Shown: positions 46,218 through 56,038, counted from the first letter of the stretch. The stretch: DNA of 64,000 bases from an uncultured Anaerobiospirillum sp. (GCA_944392765.1 CALXXU010000004.1:1-64000); one strand, 5' to 3'. Numbers and translations are program-made. The notes: generated by a model from the sequence alone, not told the origin.

Positions 46218-47394
46218 GGTTGCAGCGAACCATCTCGTACTTGTCCGAGAGGCCCTGAATCGACTCGGAGGAGCCTAAGATCAGGTAGCCGCCTGGATTT
46301 AAGCACAGCGAGAACTTGTTTAAGATCTGGCTCTTAACGTCATTGGAGAAGTAAATGAGGACGTTGCGGCAGAAGATGACATCAAAGCGGCCTAATAAGC
46401 TGTAGGAGCCTAAGAGGTTCATCTGCTTGAAGGTGACCATCTGCTTGATCTTATCGTCCACGCGCATGACGTTAGGATCCTTGGTCGGCTTGAAGAAGCG
46501 GGCCTTACGCTCAGCGCTTAAGCCACGGGCTAAGGCGTGGTTATCGTAGTGAGCAAAGCGGCAACGATCTAACATCTCAGGGGAAATATCGGTGCCAATG
46601 ATCTGACATTGATTTGGATCAACGTGAACCATATTAGTGACTTGCTCTTGCACGATCATCGCGATCGAATAAGGCTCTTGGCCTGAGGAGCAAGCGGCCG
46701 ACCAGATGCGTACTGGAGACTTACCGCTGCGGGCTAACTCCGGCAGAATGATGTTCTTTAACGCAAGGTATGGATAGGTGTCGCGGAACCATAAGGTTTC
46801 GTTGGTGGTCATGGCGTCGATCACCGCCGAGCTAATATCCTTGTAGATATTAGGCTGCATGGCGCGGTTGATGAGCTCATCGATGGTGGAAACCTTAAAG
46901 CGCAAGAGCAGCGAGGATAAGCGGCTGTTGACCAGATAGTGCTTATTGTCACCTAAGACAATACCGCTTTGATCTTCGATGTACTGCGCAAAGCGCTTGT
47001 ATTGGGCGTCCGAGACCGTACGCGACTGCACTTGCAGGCGATCTTGGGTCGTAGGCTGAATATCAGGGTTACGAGCCGCAACCGAATCATAGCCCGCCTT
47101 TTGCGAGGCAATGGCTAAGTTGGTGATGCCAGGGTAGGAGCTTGGCGTGAATTGAGCGCGATTAGGCTGCGCAGTCTTACGCATAACCGAGGCAATGGCA
47201 TTACCGTTGGCAGCACGGTTGCTCACTGAGCTGGTTCCTCGGCTACTGGTAGTTATGCTGCCATAGAGCGAGGATGGGGCATCGCTCGTATTAGAGCGCG
47301 TGTTACGGGAGAAAAACGAGGTTCCAGAAGTGCGCGAGTTTAAATTACTCGAAGCAGCATCTAAACCATAACGACTTTGAGGAGAGCCTGCCAT
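46189..47394 (-). CDS. cheR: chemotaxis protein methyltransferase with ~130-aa Ser/Thr/Asn-rich N-terminal extension
   Basis: Residues ~130-401 carry the CheR domain: ...TNETLWFRD.YP...VRIWSAACSSGQEPYSIAM...FDVIFCRNVLIYFS... The N-terminal 130 aa are low-complexity (SSNLNSRTSGTSFFSRNTRSNTS...). Confidence 0.9.
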   Translation of the reverse strand: MAGSPQSRYGLDAASSNLNSRTSGTSFFSRNTRSNTSDAPSSLYGSITTSSRGTSSVSNRAANGNAIASVMRKTAQPNRAQFTPSSYPGITNLAIASQKAGYDSVAARNPDIQPTTQDRLQVQSRTVSDAQYKRFAQYIEDQSGIVLGDNKHYLVNSRLSSLLLRFKVSTIDELINRAMQPNIYKDISSAVIDAMTTNETLWFRDTYPYLALKNIILPELARSGKSPVRIWSAACSSGQEPYSIAMIVQEQVTNMVHVDPNQCQIIGTDISPEMLDRCRFAHYDNHALARGLSAERKARFFKPTKDPNVMRVDDKIKQMVTFKQMNLLGSYSLLGRFDVIFCRNVLIYFSNDVKSQILNKFSLCLNPGGYLILGSSESIQGLSDKYEMVRCNPGLAYRLKA

Positions 47395-47892
47395 ATGTAC
47401 CTCTTATTGCGCCGCTAGCCTTGCCCAGCGCGAGCAAAGCGCGCTACATCCTAGCTAAATTAACACCGCTCAGCAGATTGTACCTAGGAGCGGATTTATG
47501 CCCACATTTGATGAGGCCTGCCCTTGGCAAGTCAGTAGCCAAGCCCATCAAACAACCGAAACCTAGCAGTAAGCGCCTTAGGCTTACCAAAACAAGCACC
47601 AGTTGCTTACGAAAAAACACACAACCTAGAGCTTAACTAATATAACGCAAATAAGCGCTCATAGCCACATCTAGGCACAATCCCTGCGGGGATTTGTGGC
47701 CCCTCCCCCAAATTACGCACCCCGGCTCAGCCCAGGCTCAGCCCCACGGCTTAAGCTCAAAGCATCAGCCTCGTGGCATCAGCCCAGCTGGAACCCCACT
47801 TGCGTCGGTCCTATTTAAGTCAGCCTAACCTGCGCTCCATGGCAAAGGCGTGCTTGCGCACGCCTAGGAGGAGGGAAAAGGGAGCGCTTGCC

Positions 47893-48864
47893 TTAGTTCT
47901 TGAACGCGTTCTTCATGACGCAGTCGGCGCCGGAAGTACCGCTTTGGATGATGGCTAAGCCCTTTTCTACGGCAGCCGCCAATTCATCTGGGTTGAACTT
48001 AGGGATGAAGTCGTTAGCACCTGCCTTGGAGACCATGTTCTGGTTGAACACGCCCGACAAGGAGGTGTGCAAGATAACGTAGAGGTCACGCAGCGCGGCC
48101 TCATTGCGAATATTGGCGCACAGGGTGTAACCGTCCATTTCAGGCATCTCAACGTCGGAGATCACCAAGGAGACGGTTTCTTGAACCTTGTGGCCATCAG
48201 CTAACATGTCATGGAGGGCATGCAAGGCGGCCTTGCCGTCGTGCGCCTCGATGACTTCGACGCCAATCTCACTTAAGGCGCGCTTAACCTGCTTTAAGGC
48301 GACCTTAGAGTCATCGGCAACCAAGACGCGGGTACCCTCAGGAACCTTCAGCGCCTTGATGGCATCAGAGGTGACTTCGGTGTTCTTAGGGGCGATCTCA
48401 TCTAAGATCTTCTCGACGTCGAGGATTTCGATCAACTCATCGTCGATCTCGGTGACCGCAGTCATGTAATTGGAGTGACCAGCGCCCTGAGGTGGCGGCA
48501 TGATCTTATTCCAATTCATATTGATGATGCGCTCTACACTGGAGACCAAGAAGGCGTGAGTCGAACGGTTGTACTCGGCGATGATGATAAAGCCCTTTTC
48601 GTAGTTCTTGGTTGGGCGGCCACCGATAGCGTAGGCCAAGTCGATCACCGACAAGGTATTGCCACGAATGTGCGCAACACCGATCACGAATTGGTGCAAG
48701 CGTGGCATTACGGTCAAGCGTGGGCATGGCAAAACTTCACGGACCTTGAACACGTTAATACCATAGCGTTGGGTCAATCCGGACAATCTAAAGAGCAAAA
48801 GCTCCATACGGTTCTGACCAACCAGCTCGGTAAGCTGGTTGACTTTATCCATTACGCCAGCCAT
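47893..48864 (-). CDS. cheV: CheW-like coupling protein fused to a receiver domain
   Basis: The N-terminus is CheW-like (ELLLFRL...YGINVFKVREV...). The C-terminus is a REC domain (RVLVADDS...LVISDVEMPEMDGYTL). SD aagggga is present. Confidence 0.9.
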   Translation of the reverse strand: MAGVMDKVNQLTELVGQNRMELLLFRLSGLTQRYGINVFKVREVLPCPRLTVMPRLHQFVIGVAHIRGNTLSVIDLAYAIGGRPTKNYEKGFIIIAEYNRSTHAFLVSSVERIINMNWNKIMPPPQGAGHSNYMTAVTEIDDELIEILDVEKILDEIAPKNTEVTSDAIKALKVPEGTRVLVADDSKVALKQVKRALSEIGVEVIEAHDGKAALHALHDMLADGHKVQETVSLVISDVEMPEMDGYTLCANIRNEAALRDLYVILHTSLSGVFNQNMVSKAGANDFIPKFNPDELAAAVEKGLAIIQSGTSGADCVMKNAFKN

Positions 48865-49147
48865 GTTTATCCCCTTTCAGAAAAAACTCACGCGGCGCCA
48901 CCACGGCACCCTAGCTTCAGCAAGCACGCTTTGTGCCCGATCACGGCAGGCTTAAATTACCGCGTTCTGGTACAGCGCAATGTTCAGTATAGATAAGCAC
49001 GCCACCATTTGCACCACTCGTCATGTCACAACCGCACCTGCATCGCATTTTTGCCCCCTGAGTGCCCCCTAAGTGAGGGCTGGTACAATGAGCAAAATTG
49101 CAACGCACCGTTGCAGCGCGCACCAGCTCAGTGAGGAGGTCAGGTAA

Positions 49148-49876
49148 ATGAGATTATCGTTAAGGCACAAGCTTGGCGCCATGGTGATGAGTCTGACGCT
49201 GAGTCTCACGCTGAGTCTCACGCTGTGTGCCCCGGCTTTAGCTACGGTCGAAGAGGTTGAGTTCTTACGGCGGGTGGCCGAGCAATATGTGCTGGCGCAA
49301 TTTCAAAACCGCACTGATGACATCAAGGTCGAGGTTGAAGCTGGACGCTTAGATGAGCGGCGCAATTATGGCGGCCGCTGCGAAGGCTACCTCACAGCGC
49401 AGCTGCGCGGCAACGAGATTCGCAGTTCCTCGCAGGTCATGATTTCTTGCAGCCAGCCGGGCAATCAATACACGCTCTACATTCCGGTGCGCGTCAGCGT
49501 CTTAACTCCGGCCTTAGTGGCCGCGCGCAACTTAACCAAGGGCAATGTCATCAGCCCCGATGACTTAAAGCAGGTCTATCTCAACGAAAACACCAACCTC
49601 ACCACGGCGGTATCCGACCCTAATGTCTTGGTGGGCAGTCGCTTAAAGCGTGACGTGCGCCAAGGCGAGCAAATCAGATCTAATGGCTTTTGCGTGGTGT
49701 GCAAGAACGATAAGGTCAACATCGTCGCCCGATCAGGCGGCCTCTCACTTAAGACCTCAGGCATTGCCCTGCAAGAAGGCAATGTCAATGAATCGATTCG
49801 GGTGCGCAATATCAAGAGCGATAAGGTCATCTCGGCGGTGGTCACCGCCCCAGGTGAAGTCCAAGTGATTTTCTAA
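49148..49876 (+). CDS. flgA: flagellar P-ring assembly chaperone
   Basis: The signal sequence contains LTLSLTLSLTL. The protein has a SAF-like C-terminal part: VAARNL.KGNVIS.DDL...VGSRLKRDVRQGEQI...VNIVARSGGLSLKTSGIALQEGNVNESIRVRN. Confidence 0.85.
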   Translation: MRLSLRHKLGAMVMSLTLSLTLSLTLCAPALATVEEVEFLRRVAEQYVLAQFQNRTDDIKVEVEAGRLDERRNYGGRCEGYLTAQLRGNEIRSSSQVMISCSQPGNQYTLYIPVRVSVLTPALVAARNLTKGNVISPDDLKQVYLNENTNLTTAVSDPNVLVGSRLKRDVRQGEQIRSNGFCVVCKNDKVNIVARSGGLSLKTSGIALQEGNVNESIRVRNIKSDKVISAVVTAPGEVQVIF

Positions 49877-50213
49877 AGCAAGTGACCTTCTAAAACGAAC
49901 TACACCGAACTGGGCCCCACCATTGGGGCCCAAATTATTTGGACCCGGCTATGGCAGCAATCTGGGGATATGCCCCAAAAGAAAGCAGGGAGCTCCCAAA
50001 TAGTGACAACAGCGCGCCCGACCCCACAAATTTTAAGATTTTTGTCGGTCAGCCCTTTAGAAAAGCGCGCGCAATCCGTTACTAACGGTAAAGCAAAGCC
50101 CATTTTTCTGGGCAATGCTCTCAGGCGCTTCAAGGGTCATTAAGCACCGAGGGCAAATAGGTATGCGTTGCAAGATTTTGGCCCAAGATTTTCTGTTCAA
50201 GAGGGAATTTAAC

Positions 50214-50546
50214 ATGGCAATCGATTTCGTACGTGAAAGAGCGATTACGGCCATGCCCGAGAGTGTGGCTCAAACCCGCAGTGCAACTAAGGCCCAGTCC
50301 AAGGTCGCAGCCTACAGTGCAGGCAGCGCCGCCAAGACCCAAGAGCCTGATGACGTCCGCTTCACCGAAGGCGCCAAGACTGTAGCTCGCGCCACCGATC
50401 TCGCGCTGCAATCTGATGGCATCGACTACGCCAAGGTCGCGGCCATTCGCCATCAATTAGCCACCGGCACTTTCGAGTTTAACGACCAGCGCACCGCCGC
50501 CAAGATGTTAGCGGCATCGCAAGATCTAAGCTTCCTCCTCGATTAG
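50214..50546 (+). CDS. flgM: anti-sigma-28 factor
   Basis: From ATG 50214 (SD gaggga; residue 34 of the track ORF), 110 aa. The C-terminal IDYAKVAAIRHQLATGTFEFNDQRTAAKML is the typical FlgM sigma-28-binding region. It follows flgA. Confidence 0.8.
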   Translation: MAIDFVRERAITAMPESVAQTRSATKAQSKVAAYSAGSAAKTQEPDDVRFTEGAKTVARATDLALQSDGIDYAKVAAIRHQLATGTFEFNDQRTAAKMLAASQDLSFLLD

Positions 50547-50603
50547 CGCAGGCCGCTGCCCTAAGGCAGCACCCGAGCCTGCACTCACCTTGGACAGACT
50601 TAA

Positions 50604-50632
50604 TAAAAAAGCCAGCATCCGCTGGCTTTTTT
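50604..50632. terminator. bidirectional rho-independent terminator (flgM on plus, CobS-like operon on minus)
   Basis: aaaaaa-gccagc-atcc-gctggc-tttttt. Confidence 0.75.
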
Positions 50633-50736
50633 CGTGGGCGCCAAGCGCCCAACCAAGGCAGGGCCCAAGTGTCAGGCCCAACCATGGTCAGGCCCAACCC
50701 AAGCGCAGGGCCCAGTGCTGGGCTCAGCGCAGTGGG

Positions 50737-53343
50737 CTAGGCCGAGGCCTTACGCCTCCCCTTGGCCTTGACCTTAGGCTTGGCCGCGAGCAAGTCGGCT
50801 TGGCACTTTTGCAAGCGCGCTAAGTGCGACTGCACCTGGGTCAAGTTGTACTTGAGTAGGCGCTCCTTCTCCTGCTGGTACTTGGCTTCATCGTCCACCT
50901 GGTGAGGTAAGGCGTTGAAGTTACTGCCGTAGCCAAAGATGTCGTAGCTCAGGCGCAACAGGTACTCGTACTCGGCAGGCGGCAGACGCGAGGCAAAGCC
51001 CAGCGAAATCGCCTCCTGCACCGAAAGCTCAGGATGGCCGTAGTAGAGCGTGGCGATGCGCAAGAGCGAGCGACTGGAAAAAGGCGCGGACAGGCCTGAC
51101 ACCGGAGCGCCCTCACTTGAGGCAGTTTCAGCTTCCACCTTAGCGACCGCTTGCGCGCGCTCGAGCTTAGTGCAGCTATTTTCATGGAGCTGCTCAAAGC
51201 CGGGCATCTGCTCCTCGCAGTGAGCAAAGAGCTCGTTGGCGGCAGTATTGGCCTCAACCGTGTCGCGCGCGCCGTCGTACTGGGTGAGCAAGCTTTGGTG
51301 GGCTAAGAGCTCATCAAAGAACGGACTTAACTGGGCACTGTTCAGCTCTGCTTGCGCGGCAGCCACTGAGGCCTCAGGCAAGTTGGCGTTTTGCGCCAAC
51401 AAGTCCTTTAAGGCCTGAGCGTGTTCCTTTAAGTCCTGCATGGTGGCGGCAAGCAAACGCACCTCAGCTTGCTCCAAGCGCTGCAATAAGGCGCGATTGT
51501 CTAAGCCGCTGTTATGGCCTAAACGCACTTCGGTGGCAAAGCGCAAAATGCCGTCACGAAAGTCCGGATTGAGCTTGGGACAAGCGCGCTCTAACATCAA
51601 GCGCTCTTGGGCAGCGCTAGGGTAGCCCACCTCGCAAAAGCGCCAGCGATCGAGGAAGGCCTGGTTTTGCAGCTTGACGCCATGATAGGAGCCCGACTCA
51701 TCGCCCTGGCCCTTGGAGTTGGCGGTCGCCACGACACGAAAGAAAGGATGGGGCTTGATCACCTCGCCATTATTGGCACTGATGGTCAAGGCGCGTCCTT
51801 CCAAGACATCGTTGAGTGCCGCGAGCTCCCCTGGGCTCATCAGGTCGATCTCGTTTAAGAGCAAGATCTCGCCGTAGAGCATGGCCCGCGCCAGCGGCCC
51901 ATAGCTAAAGCGCAGCTGACCGTGATCTAAGATATGGGCGCCGATCAAATCGCTGACCTCACTTTTTTGCGATAAGGTCACCGACTCTAATGGCCAATCA
52001 AGACGCGCCGCCACCTCAAACACAGCCGAGGTTTTGCCGCAGCCGGTAGGCCCCGATAAGAACAGCGCGTCATGGCTTGGCTCAGTCAAATAGAGCAGCA
52101 GCTCATAGAGCGTGCTACGGGCAAAGATGTAGTTGGAGTTAGACGGCGGCACCATCGACACTACCGTCGAATCAACCACCGCAAGCTCAGCTGAGCCCAG
52201 TCCCAACGCGCCCCCTGACACCAAGGAATCGGCAAAGAGCGGCTCAAGCTCCACCGTGCGCAGCGCCACCGCAGTTTGGTCCTTGATGCTGATCAAAGGG
52301 GTGTGCGCCTGCAAGGCCGCCCGATTGAACTCAGAGCGCAAGACCACGCGCACCGCCGTACTGTCGGGAGCTGCGGCATAGCGCACCACGTCATAAGGCT
52401 CAAGCCCATCTAAGTAGGAGCACACCTCCTCCTCTAAGGCGATGGTCAGTGCCGCTCCGGTGCGCACCGTGGGGGTGTTCAAGGCCAAATGCAGCTTGGC
52501 CGCCCCCACCGAGTGGGCCACTGTCCCTACCGAGTGCGCCACTGCCCCCACCGAGTGGGTCACTGCCCCTACCGAGTGCTCCACTGCCCCCACCGAGTGG
52601 GTCACTGCCCCTACCGACTGTGCCGTTACCCCTACCGACTGTGCCGTTACCCCTACCGAGTGCGCCGTTGCCCACGCCTCAGCATTGCCCGGCACGCAGC
52701 CCGGTGGGCACAAGGTCACATCATTGGGCACCGTTGGGCATGGGAAGGCCACGACGTTCCGCACCTCCTCACTGGAGCGCAGCTGGGTGCGCACCTGGTC
52801 GCTGGCAAGGCGCGCCCAGTACATGGAGCCATGCTTGAGATGTCCGCTACGCTCAGGCAAAAGCTGCGCCCCAAAGTGCGCCTGCGGCGGCTCAAACATA
52901 GCGTCCAATGGTGCCCCATGGAGTACCCCCGAGTAGACCCGACTGGTGACCAAGGAAGGCAAGTTAGAATCAGGCGGCGGCAGCATCACCCGCGTAACTG
53001 AGGGCAGCACTGAGCAAGGCTGAAGCGCCACTCCCGATGCCACCACCGGCGCGCGCCGAGCAGGGGCCATCTGCACGCCCACGGACGACAGCAATAACAC
53101 GCCCAGTGTAGCGGCGAGCTGCGGCGCAATCATGCTGATTTCACCGTAGCCCCATGGATCCATGAGGTACTGACCCCAGGCGCTATCGCTCGGTGCATTG
53201 AGCCCCAGCGCACTGAGTGCCGCCTCCCCCAAAGATAGCTCCGTCCTCAAGGCAAAGCCGATGGGAGCGGCCATGCTTGGGTGGAGCGGCAACGACCAGG
53301 CATTACTGCCTGCGGCCGTGATCAGAGCCATAAACTTAGTCAT
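50737..53343 (-). CDS. CobS-like AAA+ ATPase (AAA_5/MoxR superfamily) with ~430-aa N-terminal extension, coiled-coil insertion and basic tail
   Basis: The start is set at ATG 53343 (SD gggagg), which overlaps the upstream stop as ATGACTAA. The core is LFLSGPTGCGKTSAVFEVAARLDWP...ILLLNEIDL...IKPHPFFRVVATANSKGQGDESGSYHGVKLQNQAFLDRW...APFSSRSLLRIATLYYG...LSYDIFG. It parallels CobS GxxGxGKS / VAARLNWP / IRPHPAFRLFATANT.GLGD..GLYHGT..INQAQMDRW (recalled). The N-terminal extension carries 8 HSVGAV-type heptapeptide repeats. Confidence 0.8.
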   Translation of the reverse strand: MTKFMALITAAGSNAWSLPLHPSMAAPIGFALRTELSLGEAALSALGLNAPSDSAWGQYLMDPWGYGEISMIAPQLAATLGVLLLSSVGVQMAPARRAPVVASGVALQPCSVLPSVTRVMLPPPDSNLPSLVTSRVYSGVLHGAPLDAMFEPPQAHFGAQLLPERSGHLKHGSMYWARLASDQVRTQLRSSEEVRNVVAFPCPTVPNDVTLCPPGCVPGNAEAWATAHSVGVTAQSVGVTAQSVGAVTHSVGAVEHSVGAVTHSVGAVAHSVGTVAHSVGAAKLHLALNTPTVRTGAALTIALEEEVCSYLDGLEPYDVVRYAAAPDSTAVRVVLRSEFNRAALQAHTPLISIKDQTAVALRTVELEPLFADSLVSGGALGLGSAELAVVDSTVVSMVPPSNSNYIFARSTLYELLLYLTEPSHDALFLSGPTGCGKTSAVFEVAARLDWPLESVTLSQKSEVSDLIGAHILDHGQLRFSYGPLARAMLYGEILLLNEIDLMSPGELAALNDVLEGRALTISANNGEVIKPHPFFRVVATANSKGQGDESGSYHGVKLQNQAFLDRWRFCEVGYPSAAQERLMLERACPKLNPDFRDGILRFATEVRLGHNSGLDNRALLQRLEQAEVRLLAATMQDLKEHAQALKDLLAQNANLPEASVAAAQAELNSAQLSPFFDELLAHQSLLTQYDGARDTVEANTAANELFAHCEEQMPGFEQLHENSCTKLERAQAVAKVEAETASSEGAPVSGLSAPFSSRSLLRIATLYYGHPELSVQEAISLGFASRLPPAEYEYLLRLSYDIFGYGSNFNALPHQVDDEAKYQQEKERLLKYNLTQVQSHLARLQKCQADLLAAKPKVKAKGRRKASA
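52505..52672. repeat. 21-bp in-frame tandem repeat x8 inside the CobS-like gene
   Basis: Plus strand reads cc(c/t)accga(g/c)tg.g.c(a/g)(c/t)t(g/a)(c/t)c x8, encoding ...HSVGVTAQSVGVTAQSVGAVTHSVGAVEHSVGAVTHSVGAVAHSVGTVAHSVGAA... Confidence 0.9.
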
Positions 53344-55000
53344 AGCAACCTCCCGATAACGAGGTGTCGTTGCAACCGGCAGCTGCGGACAGCAGGTTCG
53401 CATCACCAGGGCAACGCAACTCAGATGCGAGCACCGAGTGCGCCTCAGACCGATCCCCCGCGCTAGAGCAAGGCGGCGTGACCGAACGTACCTCACTTGC
53501 GCGGCGCCCTTTTCTTTGACGGCGCGCTTCCTCTTGCTCGCGCTCTTGGCGGCGACGCACCTGCTCCTTTAAGGGCAGCTGAACCGGGATGGTGGCGGCG
53601 GACAAAGGTGCGCTCGAGTCATTCCAGCCAGCGGCGATCCAATCGAGATCGGCTTGGCTTAAGAACGGGGGATCGGGCATGAGATCAGCATCCCAAGCCC
53701 AAGGCCCCAAACCGCAATCACTAAAGCCCGACTCCCCTAAGCCGTCGGAGCTGCGCCAATCATGGAAGAGCTCCGCGTAAGCAGCTTGCGCCTCCAGCGC
53801 CGCTTGGAGCTTGCACTCCAAATCAGGCTCAAGGTCAGGTGCCGACTGCAATAAGGACATGAGGCGCCACGAACGCGGCAGCGGCTCGGCCAGTGGAGAA
53901 TCATCCCAGCGCATCCCAGCCTGGCCCAGCTCAATTAAAGGCACGGGCTCGACTGGATCAAGCGGCGCGGCCAAGGCCGTGTCATCAAGTGGGGTCCAAC
54001 CGGCACGAGTTGCGGCCAAGGTGTCCTGCGCTGAAGCGCGGCGCAAATCGCGGCGCGTTTCGTTTACGACCAAGGCCGCCGACGCATCAGCAGGCAAGTA
54101 TGGAGCGCCCGCCCCTGCCAGGTCGCGCGCCCACAGCGCCAAAGTCGGACCATCGACTGCCGCAGCGCTACCTGCTAACAAGTCATCGGGCAAGGTCGCC
54201 CCGATAAGGCGCGCCCCAAAGGTGCCGTGCGCCGCCTCGGCGTTAAAGGCGAGTTTCTTAGCGCCCATTTCTTGGGCGATGGCCTCAAGCAAGGTCGGCG
54301 GCAGCGCCAGCGCCTCAGCAGGCGCCGCAGCAGAGGCCAAAGGCAGCGTCCCCGTGCTCTGGTGCGCCGCTATGTTCTGTTCCCAGAGCACGTTATGGAA
54401 GCAGGCAGCAGAGCTTTGACCAGATTCTACGGAGTCCCTAGCCGCCACGCCCTCACAAGCCTGAGTGCCTACCGTCTCAGGAACCGGAGCACAACTCCGA
54501 GTACCTGCGACTGCAACAACCGAAGCATTGTTGAGCGCAACACACTGAGCGTCACTGGCTTCATCAGCCTGAGCACCTGCTGTAGCACTCTGAGCCAACT
54601 CACCTGCAGCAGGCTGAGCGCAGGTGGTCGCGGCACTTAGTAGCCATGAGCGCTTAGCACTGGAGTTTGCCATTGCCTGAGTGCAGGTGTTCACGGCACT
54701 CTGAGCCCACGCGCCATCAGTTAGCTGAGCGCGCATTACCTCACCCCAGGATGCAGCGCCATCAGTTAGCTGAGCGCGCATTACCTCACCCCAGGATGCA
54801 GCGCCATCCTGGACGTTGAGCGTGAATGCTGAGGACTCGGAGCTGAGGCGTGCGCTGGCGTAAACCCCTACGCCCTGCGGCAGAGCGCAGCAAGTCTGAG
54901 GGCGCGTCTTAGCAGTCAGCGGTGGGAGCACCGCGTCAAAGCCCTTGGTCGCAGGTGCGGCCGCAGAGCTAGGCAGGGATGACATGATGCAAGTAGGCAT
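53336..55000 (-). CDS. hypothetical Ala-rich acidic protein (554 aa)
   Basis: ATG 55000 sits behind agagagg. It is translationally coupled to the CobS-like gene. It contains a perfect 15-aa tandem duplication (DGAASWGEVMRAQLT x2) and a C-terminal basic patch RRRQEREQEEARRQRKGRR. No vWA/MIDAS motif was seen. Confidence 0.6.
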   Translation of the reverse strand: MPTCIMSSLPSSAAAPATKGFDAVLPPLTAKTRPQTCCALPQGVGVYASARLSSESSAFTLNVQDGAASWGEVMRAQLTDGAASWGEVMRAQLTDGAWAQSAVNTCTQAMANSSAKRSWLLSAATTCAQPAAGELAQSATAGAQADEASDAQCVALNNASVVAVAGTRSCAPVPETVGTQACEGVAARDSVESGQSSAACFHNVLWEQNIAAHQSTGTLPLASAAAPAEALALPPTLLEAIAQEMGAKKLAFNAEAAHGTFGARLIGATLPDDLLAGSAAAVDGPTLALWARDLAGAGAPYLPADASAALVVNETRRDLRRASAQDTLAATRAGWTPLDDTALAAPLDPVEPVPLIELGQAGMRWDDSPLAEPLPRSWRLMSLLQSAPDLEPDLECKLQAALEAQAAYAELFHDWRSSDGLGESGFSDCGLGPWAWDADLMPDPPFLSQADLDWIAAGWNDSSAPLSAATIPVQLPLKEQVRRRQEREQEEARRQRKGRRASEVRSVTPPCSSAGDRSEAHSVLASELRCPGDANLLSAAAGCNDTSLSGGCYD

Positions 55001-55014
55001 AACAAGGACCTCTC

Positions 55015-55473
55015 TTAGTTACGGGAAAAAACTGGGTTGAAACGGGCCGCTGAGCGTAACAGCTGCTCGTAATAGGAAATCAAAGCGCCAGGCTTGGGAT
55101 CGCCCGTCAGGTCGCATGAAGACAGAATGCCCTGGGCTTGGGGCTTAAGCTCACCTACCACCGTACCAGTACCGCAATGAGCGGTATCAGTGGCGCACGC
55201 GATGGGGTCCATAGCAGAACCAGGACGCAGCGCCGGGCACATTTGCGCCAGACGATCGCGCTCGACGGTGGCAATGCCGAGCACCACCATCATGGCCACA
55301 ATGCCAAAGAGGTAGTACGTCCACAATTTGTCACGGCCCACCGAGTCGATACCGCCCCTGCTGTGAGAAAACTTGATTAAGTGCTTGACGGCGCGCATCG
55401 CACCTAAGTTATTGCTCTTAAAACCAGGGGCGCAAGCGCCATGAGGACGGGCATGAAAGGCATGGTTAGTCAT
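55015..55473 (-). CDS. hypothetical single-pass membrane protein (152 aa)
   Basis: ATG 55473 behind gagga (residue 40 of the track ORF). TM segment LWTYYLFGIVAMMVVLGIATV, and a Cys-containing C-terminal part. Confidence 0.5.
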   Translation of the reverse strand: MTNHAFHARPHGACAPGFKSNNLGAMRAVKHLIKFSHSRGGIDSVGRDKLWTYYLFGIVAMMVVLGIATVERDRLAQMCPALRPGSAMDPIACATDTAHCGTGTVVGELKPQAQGILSSCDLTGDPKPGALISYYEQLLRSAARFNPVFSRN

Positions 55474-55597
55474 ACAAATAAATCCTCGAGTTAGTTGGCA
55501 ATACCAGTACAGGCCAAGGGAGCTAAGGGAGTTGCGCTCAGCCCCAAGAAGTAGAATCAGAAGACAGCGGCACCAGGATGGCGGCACCATGACGGCG

Positions 55598-55978
55598 TTA
55601 CCACCCTGTGGTAAGGCCGGAGCCGTCCCCTGCTCTAAGCTTGGAATCCAGATGCAACAGCGTCAGCCGAGCAGCCTCAGAGCGCGAGTACGAGCTTTGG
55701 AGCAAATCCCAAAACTTAGGACAGGTCAGGATCGCCAGCCCCGCTTCCGGGCCGAACTCTTTCAGCAAGCCAAAGTAATTGGCGTAATTGGGTACGTGTT
55801 GGATGAACAGAAAGGCGAAAGGGACCACCTGGTTAAAACGCTCTTGGAGCTCTTCTGAGCCAAAGCGCAGCGGGTTAAGCCCGACCGACTCTTGGTGGCT
55901 GATACGTGCGGCACGGCGCTCACTCTTAGCCTTACGGCTACGTTGTTGGCGTAAGTTGCGTTGCTTAGCACTCTTCAT
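55598..55978 (-). CDS. small protein with arginine-rich N-terminus, paralog 4
   Basis: MKSAKQRNLRQQRSRKAKSERRAARISHQ...; 126 aa; SD ggaga. Confidence 0.55.
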   Translation of the reverse strand: MKSAKQRNLRQQRSRKAKSERRAARISHQESVGLNPLRFGSEELQERFNQVVPFAFLFIQHVPNYANYFGLLKEFGPEAGLAILTCPKFWDLLQSSYSRSEAARLTLLHLDSKLRAGDGSGLTTGW

Positions 55979-56038
55979 AACAAGAAAATCTCCACAAAGG
56001 CCCAGCCCCAGCTGGGCAGAAACAAAAGAGCCAGGAAA

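Noticed and set aside
52400-53001. Several 90-170-aa ORFs on both strands overlapping the N-terminal part of the CobS-like gene
   Set aside because: These are shadow ORFs typical of GC-rich, repeat-containing coding DNA. They are proline/arginine-rich repeat translations without starts or SDs. The frame carrying the AAA+ core is continuous and explains the region.
53336-55000. 554-aa protein as the expected CobT-like vWA partner of the CobS-like ATPase
   Set aside because: No vWA hallmark was visible (a DxSxS MIDAS motif with following T and D motifs, and alternating beta-alpha hydrophobic pattern). The sequence is Ala-rich, acidic and low-complexity. It is kept as hypothetical.
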